A stretch of 64,000 nucleotides of DNA from Balanoglossus misakiensis (Eukaryota; Animalia; Hemichordata). The notes beneath the pieces are model-generated. The model saw only the letters and a program-made list of their open reading frames with translations. It ran no database searches and had not been told where the DNA came from. This document shows positions 10,664 to 23,197 of the stretch, piece by piece. The number at the start of each line of letters is the position of its first letter. The stretch's first letter is position 1. A program made the position numbers and the translations under genes. The DNA is taken from NCBI GenBank assembly GCA_040954595.2, contig CM082582.2, positions 11,523,483 to 11,587,482 of the forward strand, given 5' to 3'.

Positions 10664-13600
10664 ATGGATTTTATCTCTTCCTACGCCCCGACTCATCACA
10701 CAAACCCAAATGTGCCCTTACTGTCGCCAACCAAGAGCGACAATGAGGACAATAACAGAAGCAACCAGAACACGGACACTGGAAGTCAACTTCCACAGGC
10801 CACTCTGGCCGTCACCGTGGAGCAGACCATACGCAACACCAGAGCCCGGCTGGAGCAGCATCTGGCGGGGAATGAAACGAACACGGACGAGACCATCCGG
10901 CTTGCTGCCGACGTGGTCAACATCCCCTGCCCGCTTGGCATGAAATACACCAAGCTGGATTTCCCGGATTTACTGAAGACGAACAGTGTGAAAAGGGTAG
11001 GTATTAGTTGGACAGGAGTGTAACTTTCACAAATGACCTTGCCCTCCAACAGATACTGTGAGCTGCAGCTCTGTATTTTGAGACCCCGGCACATTGACTT
11101 GTTCTGGTAGTTGATTGTCTTTGAAAGTTTCACTTTTGTTTGCCCTCATCGATTATCAACGCAGACACTGACTTTACCGTCAGTTGGCTCAGCTGGGTGT
11201 GTGCCTCCTTAATGGAGAACATGAACTGATAAGTGCCTATGTGTCTGACCTGTGTTAAGGTGGCCGGCTGGCTACCATGGTGAATGAGGTATTCATATGT
11301 AGGCGTTGTTTGCATGCAGATTGGGGGCACTCTGAGTTGACAGATCTGTTCTCAGCTGATTCCACATAATGTTAATAAAAATTATTCTTATTCTTCCCCA
11401 TCTGATTGCTTGGTTCTACTGGAAAATTGTTATTTTTTGACAGTCAAAAACTATTTTCTGTGAATAGCTCTTGTATGATTACCATGGATTCTCTTCATAT
11501 GTGCTAGCAGTTCTTCTGTTGTACCATTGAATATCAGATACATACAGTTGAGTGTAAACCATACAGTTATGTTAATATTTAACTTAAGTCAAACTCAAAG
11601 GTGGTGTAGTTAGCACAGTCTGCTTGTTAAGGACAGCCGGCGCTGTAACCATGCCGACCAGAAATGATTGACGACAACCAATTTCTCTTTGTAGGGGCAA
11701 GAATCGTTGCCTTTGCTAGCAGGAGCGCTGGGAATCCTTGCCAAATACGGGCGCAATCTTCTGAGAGAAAACAAACCTGCAGTCTGGCGATGCGTGCGAT
11801 TTTCAAATGCTGTTTTCAACCAGAAGGTTGATGTCATTGAGGTATGTAGCTTGTGGTGCTTGAATGCTGGCTTGTCAAAAGGTCACAGACAATGAAAAGA
11901 AATCAGTGGGGTATGATACGACAGAAGGGAGAGTGGTTTTGGTTGGAGGCAAAATAATCGTGCCAAAGAGACAAATAGATGCAGTTTGTATTTTCATAAT
12001 CTCAGTCTGTCTGTGTTAAAGACTATTGATGGTGGCTTCTTTTCACACTTTTTGATGATTTCATTTTAGCATCAACATTTCCTTTGAAATCATGCGTAAG
12101 ATGTTATTTAAATAGTTTCCTCATTCCTACTTCCAAGTTCCTGTATGGTGTGTACATTAAGCTTGCATTGAGGTCAAAGGTCAGCAGGCCGTATTTCACA
12201 ACACATTGTCAACAATAATGTTTGTGTGACGCACTGTCTTGTGTTCATGTACCAGTAACAAAAATAACCCTGTGGGTTTGAAGGTCACTGATTTTGGTGT
12301 TTGTTTTTTCCGCATTCATCATTTCCGCACCACCTTTAGATGACAAAGGATTGACTTTGGGGGGAGGGGGGTGGGGAGGGGGAGGATGAGATCAGGGTCC
12401 AGACACATAAGTTAGGCCCAAGTCCCAGTCAGAGCCTTGCAGTATGACCCTCACTGGTGACTTTGGGCTCAGATGAAGTGTGAAAAATTCCACCAGCTGA
12501 CTTAAAATACATTTGAAAGAAATATGTAAGTGTGGACACAGAGAAAACCTAACCCCCAGAGGGAAATTCCTTTTTAGCCACAGCCAGGTCTCAGCTGAGA
12601 TAATTTTTAGGTCGGTGAAGGAGATTATTGTTTCGTGTGACTTATGTGGGTCGTGATGATAAATGTGTCCGCTGTTAACATACACAGGGAGCCAGGGACA
12701 TCCTGAAAATACTTGGCTACACGAAACACATCGAAGATGGCCTGGCCTTCCCAGACGAGGTGGAGGCACCGAACATCGAAGAGGTCACCAAGCTGACCGC
12801 TGATCTCATCATCGCCAAGCACGAGGTGGAGTGTCTGCGTAGCAACAACCACCCAAACCCGGAGTCGGTCAAACAGTACATGGGGAGCCAGGTGAAGTCA
12901 GCTCACCAGATGTTGCGGAGACTGCCAAGCGGGACAGTGCCACCAGTGTCTGGAGGCATTGCATTGCCGGGAATGGTAGAGTAGCTTTTATTTCTCTTTC
13001 TTTTTCAGTGATGGGACTTTTATATCCAGTTGCTGAGACTTCATAAAAATCTTGGGAAGTTAATCTTTATACAGTTAAAGGAGCATATCAAATTATTAAA
13101 AAAAATCCAAATTCATAGTAAAAGTCAGTGCAATGATTTTGTTCTTTTCTTTGCAAAGGTCCCAAGTGTTGCTAAAATTGCGCGACCACCACCATCGCCA
13201 CCACCCATCAAAACCCCACCATCTCAAGACAAGGTACCGCCATCACAGCAGGATAAGAGGCCAGCTAACACAGGTGGCTATGTAAATCACCAGTTGACCG
13301 CACCCTCGCCAGTTGGAATAGTTTCCACGGGCCTGACTACAGACGGCATCAACTCGACATCGCCAGACTCCTCCACCGGTAGCGATGTTCCGTACTTGCG
13401 GAGGCCAGAAGATTTCTTTAGCACTCAGCCACCGGTGAACTCAAGCGTTTCACTGGCAAGGCCAAGCTCCTTTCTACAGAGTACTGCTGCTCAAGCCCGC
13501 TATGGTAGTGTTCCGAGTCCTGTTACACCAAAACCACCACCAACAACAAGAAGCACACCAGAGCCGAAGTCACCCCTTCAAAAAGAAATAGGTATTGCTT

Positions 13601-16600
13601 GTTGAGTGCTCTATTCAACATCTTTAGCTCATATCTGGCTTTATGTGACAATTTCAGCCAAATTGCAACCAAATAGGCCCATCACTGTCTTTATTTGCTA
13701 CCTTCCAGATGAAGAAAGAAAGTGTGATCTCTGTGGTGAGGAAGTAGCGACTAAAGCCTGTGACATATGTGGTGACAAAAGGTGTGACGAATGCGATGAT
13801 CGGTGGCATAAACATTCAGCCAGGAAAGACCACACACGAAGGCAATTACCGCCTCCAACGCCATCTTCACCTATGACTCCAATCTACGAAAATGCAGAGA
13901 GAAAGGACAAGTCCAGTGAGGATACAAGTCATCAAAAAGTTCACAAAAGCCAGTATGTCAATTTTCCACTGTATTTTCTTCTGACTGTACGTTGTATGTG
14001 TAGAGTGAAAGTTATATAAACTGCCAGTACGCCTTTGTGGTTATGAATTTGCTACCTATCATGATTTTCAATATGTGTGACTTTGGTGATGTTTCCCTTC
14101 CAGAAGTGAGAATAGTTTATCTGCAACCAAGAGACCAGTACCTGCACCCAGGCAGAAAAGGAACACGAGTTTGCAGGATGGATCATCAGTGAGTGCAGCA
14201 ATGTCCACTCTGCAAAGTCAAACGCTCCCAAGAAATTTGAACGTAAGTAAACCAGAACTCTCATGCAGTGTAACCTTCAGACTAGCATGGTTCCATAAAA
14301 GCTTGGGGTGAATTTCAAATTTTCAAGCAATTTCTTTGCATCAGTCCTACATGCACATGTGTTGATAACATGACTTAGAGAGTAAAAATATTTTTTTTTC
14401 AACTACAGCATGAGCCTGTTGACTTTAGAACCTACACACTACCAAAGAAACCTGCCCCTCCACCTAGGCCAGGCCGACCTTTATCTGGTGATCTGCAGTA
14501 CAGTGGACAGTACCCAGCCAGTTCTTCTGTGACATCACCCTCTAATGGGCCCCCTGCTTACACTGTGATGTCTCCCCGTGCTCTGGATGACGGCAGACCG
14601 TACCCATTGGCGTATCCTCACCCATATCCCGGGAAAGTGTTGTCTCCCGAGGAAGAGAAGCGATTGAGGCTGACTCAAGAGCTGAGGAATATTGACATCG
14701 AGATGATCCGGCGAGAAATCGAAGACATCTGCGTGAAGATGAGCGAGATGTGCAGAGGTAATCCCTCGGCGAAGCAAACGCCGGCGTATCAGGAACACGA
14801 TCAGACAATGAAGTACAAAATGAAGGGATTGGAGGCACTCATGCAGGAGTTGGAAGACATCAATGTCCAGTTGGCGAATAACCAGTCGGACGCGAGACAG
14901 ATGAATTACTCTCTTCCACCAACAATCACCCGACCTCCAGGTGACATGTGGTCTTCTGGGCAGCAGGCACCTTTTGCGAAGGGAATGGGCACGTCGCTGT
15001 ATTATACTCCTAATAGACAAGGCGCAGAGGATTTGCAGGCAAATCCACCAGCTTCCAAAGACTCTCGCCCGTTTAGCACGTATGACGTGAGGACCTCAGG
15101 GCCTCCAGTCAGAATCGGTGCCCCACCACCCGCATACAGCCAAGTGCCACCCCCTCAGAGGGGGTACAACGCTGGACAACCGAGACCTGGTATTGCTTCA
15201 CCCTACGAGAACATGCCTGCCCCCGTGCCAGGTGGGAATTTCTTTCGGTGCGAAGATTGCGGGCACAATAACGTACCCGGCAGCGAAAGATGTGCGTATT
15301 GCTTCCAACGGAATTTGGTTCCCACGGACAAGTTCAACTTTCCGCCATCCCACCTGCCGCCTGCGTACGAGGACCTCCGAGCGGACAGAAGCAAGGCAGT
15401 AGAAAGGAAGGAAGCAACCACGTTGGCACAATCGTCTCCGCCGGCAGTCAGCCCTAAGCCGGGTCAATCGTGGGCGTGCGAACACTGCACGTTCCTGAAC
15501 ACCGACCCAAGCACCCGCATATGTGTCATGTGCGACAAGACGAGTCTGAGCATTCCTCTGAAGAAGAAACCAGAAGTCAAACCCAAGCCGCAACATGTCC
15601 TTGAAAACAGAAAGTCTTTTACTCTGAAAGCAGACAGTGCAAGTACTGGACACTTGGTGACAGAATCCAAGCGACCAGCTCCGGCTGACAATGTCCCAAC
15701 AACTTTCGTGCACATGCAGGAAGAACAAGAACAGGTAGGGTGATTACAGTCTTTGAAAAAATAAGATTTGTGAGAAAAAAATAGGAAAAAGAAGCTGTTT
15801 ATTTTTTGCTACTGAGAGCCTACAGAAATGATAAAAAATTGTGATAATTACAGTCAGAGATATTTACATATGTAACACATGTGTAAGGCAAGTGTTTGTT
15901 GTATGTGTATTATTAAAGGTGTTAATGGAAAAGATGCAAGCAAAGAAGGAGTATGAAGAACAACTGCAGCGAGAAAGAGAAGAAGAAAAGAGGCTAGCAG
16001 AATTGGGTGCGACTGTCAAGCGACCAGACCCTGTAAACCTTGCATCAGAGACAGGTAAATACAATGCAACAACTGATACAGGTCTATATACTGCAGGTGT
16101 ATTGAAGGCAAAGAATTGTGTGTATCTGTGACCATTTGATCTTTTGTAAATGCATGTATATCTTTTTAATGTGCACCGAGATGGGGTGGGGGGAGTTGTG
16201 TGGGTGGGGTTCGGGATTCAAAGGGGTAAGTGTCAATTTTGTATCTGAATACTGCAAGGATGTGTTAATTGACAGCCATTTGTTTGACAACAGCATCACC
16301 TTTTATGGTCATGTGTAAGGAATTTCATGTTATCTTGCTTATTTACATATAAATTGTTTGGCCAGCCAATCAGAATAAAGGTCTTGCACATTTGAATAAG
16401 CATTTGTCAGCAACCAATTAGAATGCAGCTAGCTGGTACATATTCAGCTGTTGGTCATTTGTGTTGAGATCATTGAGAAAGAATCAGAATTCAAAAAAAG
16501 ATATCTGCATATATCTTTCGAAACAAAAGAAGGAATTTTTTTCTGGTAACAGTGCCAGGCCTGGGTTCACTCAGATTGTCAGTTGAAGAGTTTACTGTGG

Positions 16601-19600
16601 ACTGGCATGATGGCTCCTCCTGATGGATTATTGTCTGCGGTTGCAATGAATAGAGCAGCAATGGCAAGGATTTCACTTAGCCATGGAAATCAATCCCAGC
16701 GTGTTGAAGGCCATTTAAACCCATATCCTAACCAAGGATCTCAGTTCTACACAAATCCGTACCAATTTCACCAAAAACACGATGGCTACCAACACGCCCG
16801 TTACCCAGGCAACTGGCAGTTTCAGCCCTATGCACAACCCCAGCAACTGACACGCCCACCAGTCCATCATTTTCTGCCTGGTCAGAACCCCAGTCACTTC
16901 CGGCCAGCCCCAGGGCAGGGTCACTTTCAACCTGGTCTGCCCTCACGCCGCCACCATCTCCTGCCAGACCCCAGACCACACCCACCTAACCAACAGTCCG
17001 CTGTTGCTAATGTTTCAGTGTCGAAACCGGTGATCCCAAAACCGGTGATCCCGGACAAGCCTGAGAAAGCAGTGCCCAAACCCAAGAAGCTGGACCTCTC
17101 CAAGTGGGAGGAGCAGAAGCTGGACAACCTTGACAAGGACAGGGATCAGTTGAAGAAGGACTGGCAGCAACAGGACCGCGTTGCACAGAACCTGAGAGAG
17201 AGGAAACTTCTTGAGGAACAGAGAAGCGATGGACTGAAATTTGTCACTCTTTTGAGGGTATGTACAGTTGCTTTATTTCTCCAAGTAAATGCCTATGTTT
17301 ATGTGCAATGTTTCATTGATCTGAGATCACAAACACGACAGGAGTTGAATTTCATTTTATCTTGCCTTGCGTTCATTCAAATTCATAAATGTAGGAAGCA
17401 GAGTCCCAGAACTTTGACTCCGATGAGCTGGAGATCGCCATGCACTGGTCGGAGAATGGCAACCCTCTCCAATGGCTGCAGCAGCAGTGGCCCGGCGTCA
17501 CGGAAACAGTGGCTGCCATGGTGACAAACTACAAGGAGAACGGCAGCACCGTGGGGAATCTCGGAGAGGCCAGCCTCCACGAAGCGAAGGAGGCCCTCAA
17601 GTTGCACCGAGGCGATGTGAAGAAAGCAGTGGAGGAGTGTGTCAACCAGAGGAAAAAGAAGGTATACTATAATGATATTTGACTGAATAACCTTTGCACC
17701 CTGACCCCAGGCGACCTCTGGCATCATTAAACAATGTTCTCTCGAGCAGCCGGGGTTGAAAGGGTTAAATTGATGATTCATATGTTGGGTGATTTTTATC
17801 ATTGAGACTTTGCGTTTGATCACATAACCTTTAACATAATGAAGGTAATTTCCAAGTGGGCTCTCCCCTCTGTAATGCGCCACAACACATGATGCAGGAC
17901 ATAACATACCCTCGGATTTTTATTACTACAGATTGAAGAGATCCTGGACTCTGGCGACTTCACTCGACAGGAAGTGGGCGATGCGCTGAAGAGAAACAAA
18001 GGCAGCGCAGAGAAGGCCATCGTGGATCTGCAGCGTCACTTGCTGCAGCCGTTCACGGAGCGACTGTGGCAGCCAAACGACGAAAATGTGGGAATACAAC
18101 AAACTGACGTGAACGATCAGAATGCGGACGCTGAGGTTAGTTAAACACACACCACGCATGTCTTGGCTTAATTTTATGAAACGGTTTCCAGATGACCACG
18201 TGCGATTACTGAAAATGGGGGCTCATTTAGTCAGCCATTTAATCATTTCTAATACTGTTTATTTTCAGAGACGTACTCGCTTGGTTTTGGCTGAATACAG
18301 AATGCCCAGTTGGGGACGAGCAGAGACTGCTATAAGACTGATTGATATGGCCAAGTATGAGGTGGATGATGCCATTGTTGCTGCGAAAGAGTGTGGCACT
18401 TTGCGCCGGGCGGTGGAGTTCTTAGAAAAGGAGTGTGAAGTGTGCTATACTGCCACGCCTATGAACAAGGTGAGTTGTTACCATTCATTGTGAAACGGCT
18501 ATCCCCTGTTGTGTTTAAAATCTAGGTTTTACAGATATCTCCCCTTCAGCTTGTGAAATCACCTGAATTATTGTGGTTGTTGTAATTGCCAGAGAAATGA
18601 CTTGAGATCTTAGATGTTTGCCCCTCTCCGGCCCGGAATCATGCATTCACATAGCCTGATTGACTACAAGCCTCTGAAAATATCGTCTCTTTTCCGTCGA
18701 TTCTTTCAGCTGGTCACTCTGATGCACTGCCAGTGTAGGATGTGCAAGGAATGTCTGGTGGATTATTTCCGAATTCAGATCCGGGAGAGGAATATCCGTC
18801 AGTGTGTGTGTCCGGTGTGCAGTCTTCCGGACATGGAGGATGAGGAGAATGCTGAGGATTACTTCCAGTTCCTGGATAGTGTTGTAAGCAGCCCCACATT
18901 CCTTTTGTGTATTGTTTGTCTTTGGACTTGTTTTGTCTATCACCAGGCTTACAGCTGTAACACAAAATACTTCACCTACCACATCATATAAATTACATCA
19001 CATGAGTGTTAATAGAACATAACATGGCCACAGACAACCTTTACCAAACAACACTTCATTCTTGTACTGTCATTGAGTCATAGTCACCTCTGTTTTATTT
19101 CAGGTACAATATTACCTTGATGAGGAAACCCACACACTCTTCCAACAGAAGCTGAGAGATATGTATCTAATGAAGGACCCCAACTTTAGATGGTGTTCTC
19201 ATGTGAGTAATCCACTGCCCTATCCATACTATGATTTTTTTTCAAGAAGAAAAGAAATAAATACTAATATCTTGTCACTTGTATGAACATTGTGAAAAGT
19301 TTACGTTATCTAATGGCATTTTTGACGGATTGATAACTAAATGCTGCTTTGTTGCTCCCATCACAGTGCGATTTTGGTTTTCTGAATGGAAATCCCGACA
19401 GACTGAGGATGCAGTGTCCAGAATGTGGAAGACTAACCTGCTTTGCTTGCAAGAAACACGTAAGTTGTGAAGACTATGTAAATTGGGACAATGTCACCAA
19501 CATCTTTTGCCTTGGCTCAAAATTGTCCAGTTGTGTGCAGCCAATCTCTACTAACTGGCTAGGGGGGGGGGGGGGGCATATTTGATTATTTTATGTTTCA

Positions 19601-21106
19601 CTGCTCTCAAAGCTTGGTGACTGATCAGATTCCCTCTTATACTCTCCACACAGTGGTTGGATCAACATGAGGGAATCTCGTGTGAGGAATTCCAGGCCTG
19701 GAAGGAAGCGAATGATCCTGATCGGCAGGCAGCCGGATTGGCCGCTCACCTCAAGGAAAATGGAATAGGTATGTCAGCTGTGTTTATTCTCGACTGCCGA
19801 CATTTTTTTTTTTTGCTGAGTGTGTGCATGAAAGTGTCAAAGATTACTAAGGAATAAAACATGAATCTCTCTTTCTCTTCCCTCTGTGTCTGCCAGATTG
19901 TCCCAATTGCAAATTCCGATATGCATTGGCCAAGGGTGGCTGCATGCATTTCAAGTGTTCCCAATGCCGTCACGAATTCTGCAGTGGTTGCAATAAACCG
20001 TTCAAGACAAAATGTACGCAGTTCAAGAATTGCGAAAAGATAGGACTCCACGCACACCACCCGAGAAACTGTCTGTTTTATCTCCGAGATGAAGAAATCA
20101 ATGTTCTTCAGAAACTGCTCAAGGTGAGGTTCAGGGTGGTTCGCCCTACAGTTGTACAATAATAACCTCTGGTTATGTTATCTGTCAGTATTCACCAATT
20201 GCAGGCCTGATGACTGTCAACCCCCACCCCCTATCTATCTGTAAATACCCCTTTGGTAACTTCTGAGACATCATTTGTAAGTTTATGTCTATTGCCACTC
20301 TAATAGTAATGCTCAATTTTGTCTTCTCTCATAGGATCATGACATAGCGTTTGATACAGCACCCCCTCAGCCGGGCGCTCGAGTTGCAGCAGAAGGTGAA
20401 GAAGAGGGAGCAGCTGCGGCTCTGCCTCCTCCGGGAAAATGCCGAGTAGAGGAACAGAAAGAGACCCAGGATGGATTGAAAGATGATTTCTGTGGCCGGG
20501 ACACCGTTCCTGGATACGCTGGTCTGTGCAAGTGAGTAGGAAAATAGGATTTTCAGAAAATGGGGAGAATGTTTTCATACCTCAGGAAATCAAAGTCGTC
20601 TTTTTTAACCCGTTCAAGTTTTTTTTAAATTTTGAGTATTTATGCAGTCATTGTGGTCAAACTGTAATTTTTATTTCTATTGCATCGTGGCAGACTTCAC
20701 TACTCAGAGTACCTGGTAGAGCTGATAAAGAACAACAACATCGACCCGGCTGTCATGTTCAAAGCAAACCAATTGCAGATCATCTTGGAGAGAAATGAAA
20801 TCAAGGTTCCTCAAAGGAAAGGGAAAGAAAGCGAGGCACAGTTTACACACAGGCTGCTGGAGGTGAGTGTTTGTTATCCCTGTCATAGGGGGCGCTGTCT
20901 AGTCTTCACTTTTTCAGTGGCACAAACATGGCTGCCATGTCGTTGTGTATGTGTTAGTATCTGCTGGGTTTATTTCAATATTGAAGCGAGTGCTAATTTC
21001 AAATTACCTCTCAAGAATATACGTTTTGATGATATCAGTGGTAACTAATGTTATTTGTTGATTTCAGTTGGTACAGCAGCGTATCCCTCTTCAGGAACCG
21101 AGGTGA
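10664..21106 (+). CDS. RNF31: E3 ubiquitin ligase RNF31/HOIP (LUBAC catalytic subunit), ~1689 aa, 20 coding exons
   Basis: Exons 10664-10996, 11695-11841, 12688-12975, 13159-13591, 13709-13952, 14104-14242, 14409-15734, 15919-16054, 17019-17257, 17395-17661, 17932-18135, 18269-18469, 18710-18883, 19104-19202, 19367-19459, 19654-19768, 19897-20123, 20335-20531, 20694-20862, 21068-21106, all in frame with GT-AG introns. PUB ([10 protein letters not shown]...[11 protein letters not shown]...[11 protein letters not shown]), B-box (CDLC...[11 protein letters not shown]), NZF ([10 protein letters not shown]...CVMC), UBA ([14 protein letters not shown]; SWGRAETA), RING1, IBR ([10 protein letters not shown]), RING2 with catalytic [14 protein letters not shown] ([14 protein letters not shown]; CRVEEQKET; [10 protein letters not shown]). 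Confidence 0.95.
16575..17018 (+). CDS. RNF31: Candidate alternative in-frame extension of RNF31 exon 9 (148 aa, Pro/Gln/His/Tyr-rich)
   Basis: Stop-free and in frame with exon 17019-17257; upstream acceptor ttcactcag|AT at 16574/16575 has the same phase as the proximal acceptor gctaatgtttcag|TG at 17018/17019; in-frame ATG ATG at 16607. Confidence 0.55.
17687..17768. mobile_element. Degenerate ~80-bp TTAA-type (piggyBac-like) MITE remnant in an RNF31 intron
   Basis: Left end ATAACCTTTGCACCCTG versus right end CGGGGTTGAAAGGGTTAA (reverse complement TTAACCCTTTCAACCCCG): imperfect terminal inverted repeats with TTAA-CCC...GGG-TTAA style termini. Confidence 0.4.
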
Positions 21107-22890
21107 AAACTTGGGATGAGGGTTGGATAACTCTAAGGACAACTGTTGATATTGCTGTCATGAAAATGGACAGCGCTTGCAGCTGAGTGGTGCCGACAGT
21201 GTGTTGGGTCTACGAAATATTCCAGAAAGAGGTACAAAACACATAATTCAAAAATGTGTACAATTTTGATTAGTTGAGTAAAGGGAAATTACTGTGAAAT
21301 TTTTCTATCCTAGTGACAATTTTTCGTAACAGTTCTGACCAATTACTTGGCATATGGAGAAGTTTTCCTAGTCTATTCTAACTGCAGAAATACCCGTAGT
21401 AGAAATATACTAAATATTTAGGAATTTCTTTGAAAGCGAAATTTATTTCTGTATTTGACACATTGCTGTTGTGCTACAATTTCCAAAGCTCTGCATGTAT
21501 TGTTGTACTGTCTTTGGAAGGAGGATTTATTTCTTTCAGTTAAAAATAGTTTGACATTTTGAGAATTGATTCCATGAAATATACCATGTTTGATTTGCAC
21601 AGATAAACAACACAGGGGACCAAGTTTTGAACATATAAAGCATGATATATTGTCATGTATTGTCACAAAAGTATTTTCTTTGCTTTAGCGATTTTTTTTC
21701 CATATCGTTCTACCTTATAAACAACTCGCGTTATTTACAGTATAATCTGTGTGACTATGTTCTCTGAATTTTCAAATTTAGATCACACAAAGTGGGGCTT
21801 TATTAAGGGTGTTTTGTGTTGTCATGGTCTTTTGAAAGCCATTTAAGTTTTCCTTTCTTTATGTTCTGTGTTTTCTGAAATTCTGTTATATATAATTTGA
21901 TTTTGTTTTGTAATTTCTCGGACTAATTTTATTTGCAACCTGGCTGGGGGTACCTCTTATAAGGAGCTTGATCTCAGATCTTGTGAAAGCGAGTAATACT
22001 TTGTACAGATTTCTATTTGGTTAGGGAAACCTAATGAATCCAAGAAACATCTACCCCCAAGCGATTGAAAGCAAGTGCCTTACAAGCTAGTACATATATT
22101 TGCTTTTTACTGTTTTCATTTTGTGTTCATCTTCAGTTTATTTTGGGGTTTTGAGAGAAGGTTGGGCACACCATTTGTTTACAGAATACGTTGTATCTTA
22201 GTCCAATATCTTACCAGTCAAAACTATTTCAACCCCTCCCCCTCCCACAGATGTTTGACCAATGTATTATTTTCTTTTCAAATTTGAATTTAAAGTGCAC
22301 ATTTTCACTGTAACCCTGCCTTGTTTCTTGGGTGACGTGGCTCAGTGGGGTTTGAATATTGCAATAAGTGAAATGAAACTGACCTTAATATTGGTGGAAG
22401 TCAGTGTGGCAGTAGCTGTAGCAACAGCATCTTCTGTAAAAAACGGTGTCATCATTGACAAGGTCTGTTTTGTGTATTTGGGAAGGCAGGAGGTATAGGG
22501 TGGGCGAAAAAAAACGCTTAAAAATCAGTAACATTTACAAAAGTTTATTTGCACAAAAATAGTTTAATATTTCTCATAAAATGAATTTGTGAAACTACAC
22601 TTTTCTTTGCTGGAGGAAGAGCTGGATTTTGTGGTTTACATGATTGAAAGACTAGTAGTTGCCCGTGAAAATTTATACAAAAAGGGCTTCTGCATGAAGT
22701 CTCAAGATTGTAAATCTTGGGATTGAAGTAGAACATTAGTATGACTATTGCTACTTTGTGCTGTTATTGGGAATTTGATAAACATTATGGATACAGTATT
22801 TCGGATCAAACGAAATGTGTATTGGCATTTATCATTTGTTGGTTGGTTGAATTACTTACTAGTATACATGTATTTCATATATTCTAATCT

Positions 22891-22923
22891 TTTATTTAAA
22901 TAACAGGAATATGGCTTAATAAA
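22891..22923. terminator. Opposed polyadenylation signals: AATAAA on minus (22891-22896, Fox paralog) and on plus (22918-22923, RNF31)
   Basis: TTTATT at 22891 and AATAAA at 22918 lie between the convergent stop codons at 21106 (+) and 23198 (-). Usage is not proven. Confidence 0.45.
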
Positions 22924-23197
22924 CTGCAAGAATTCTAAAAGACAAACTGAAACTGAATGAGTATACCCCATTCTCTTGTGAAACAGGTACATGGAATTTT
23001 CTTCTTGATTTCAATTGCTTACAGCAGTGAGCTCGAAACTTCAGAAATTATTTGTGAACAATAAGCACTTCTGATAAATTAATCAAATAGAGTCTGAGAC
23101 TGTACAAGAAAATTATCTTAAGTTCCTAAATATATACAAAGACAAACCGAAATCTGATTCTGTGATTTAACTCCAGTTCTTGGAAATGCTAAGCAGT

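Noticed and set aside
14535-15728. Minus-strand ORFs of 161 and 176 aa within RNF31 exon 7
   Set aside because: Antisense shadows of a long coding exon, with no independent support.
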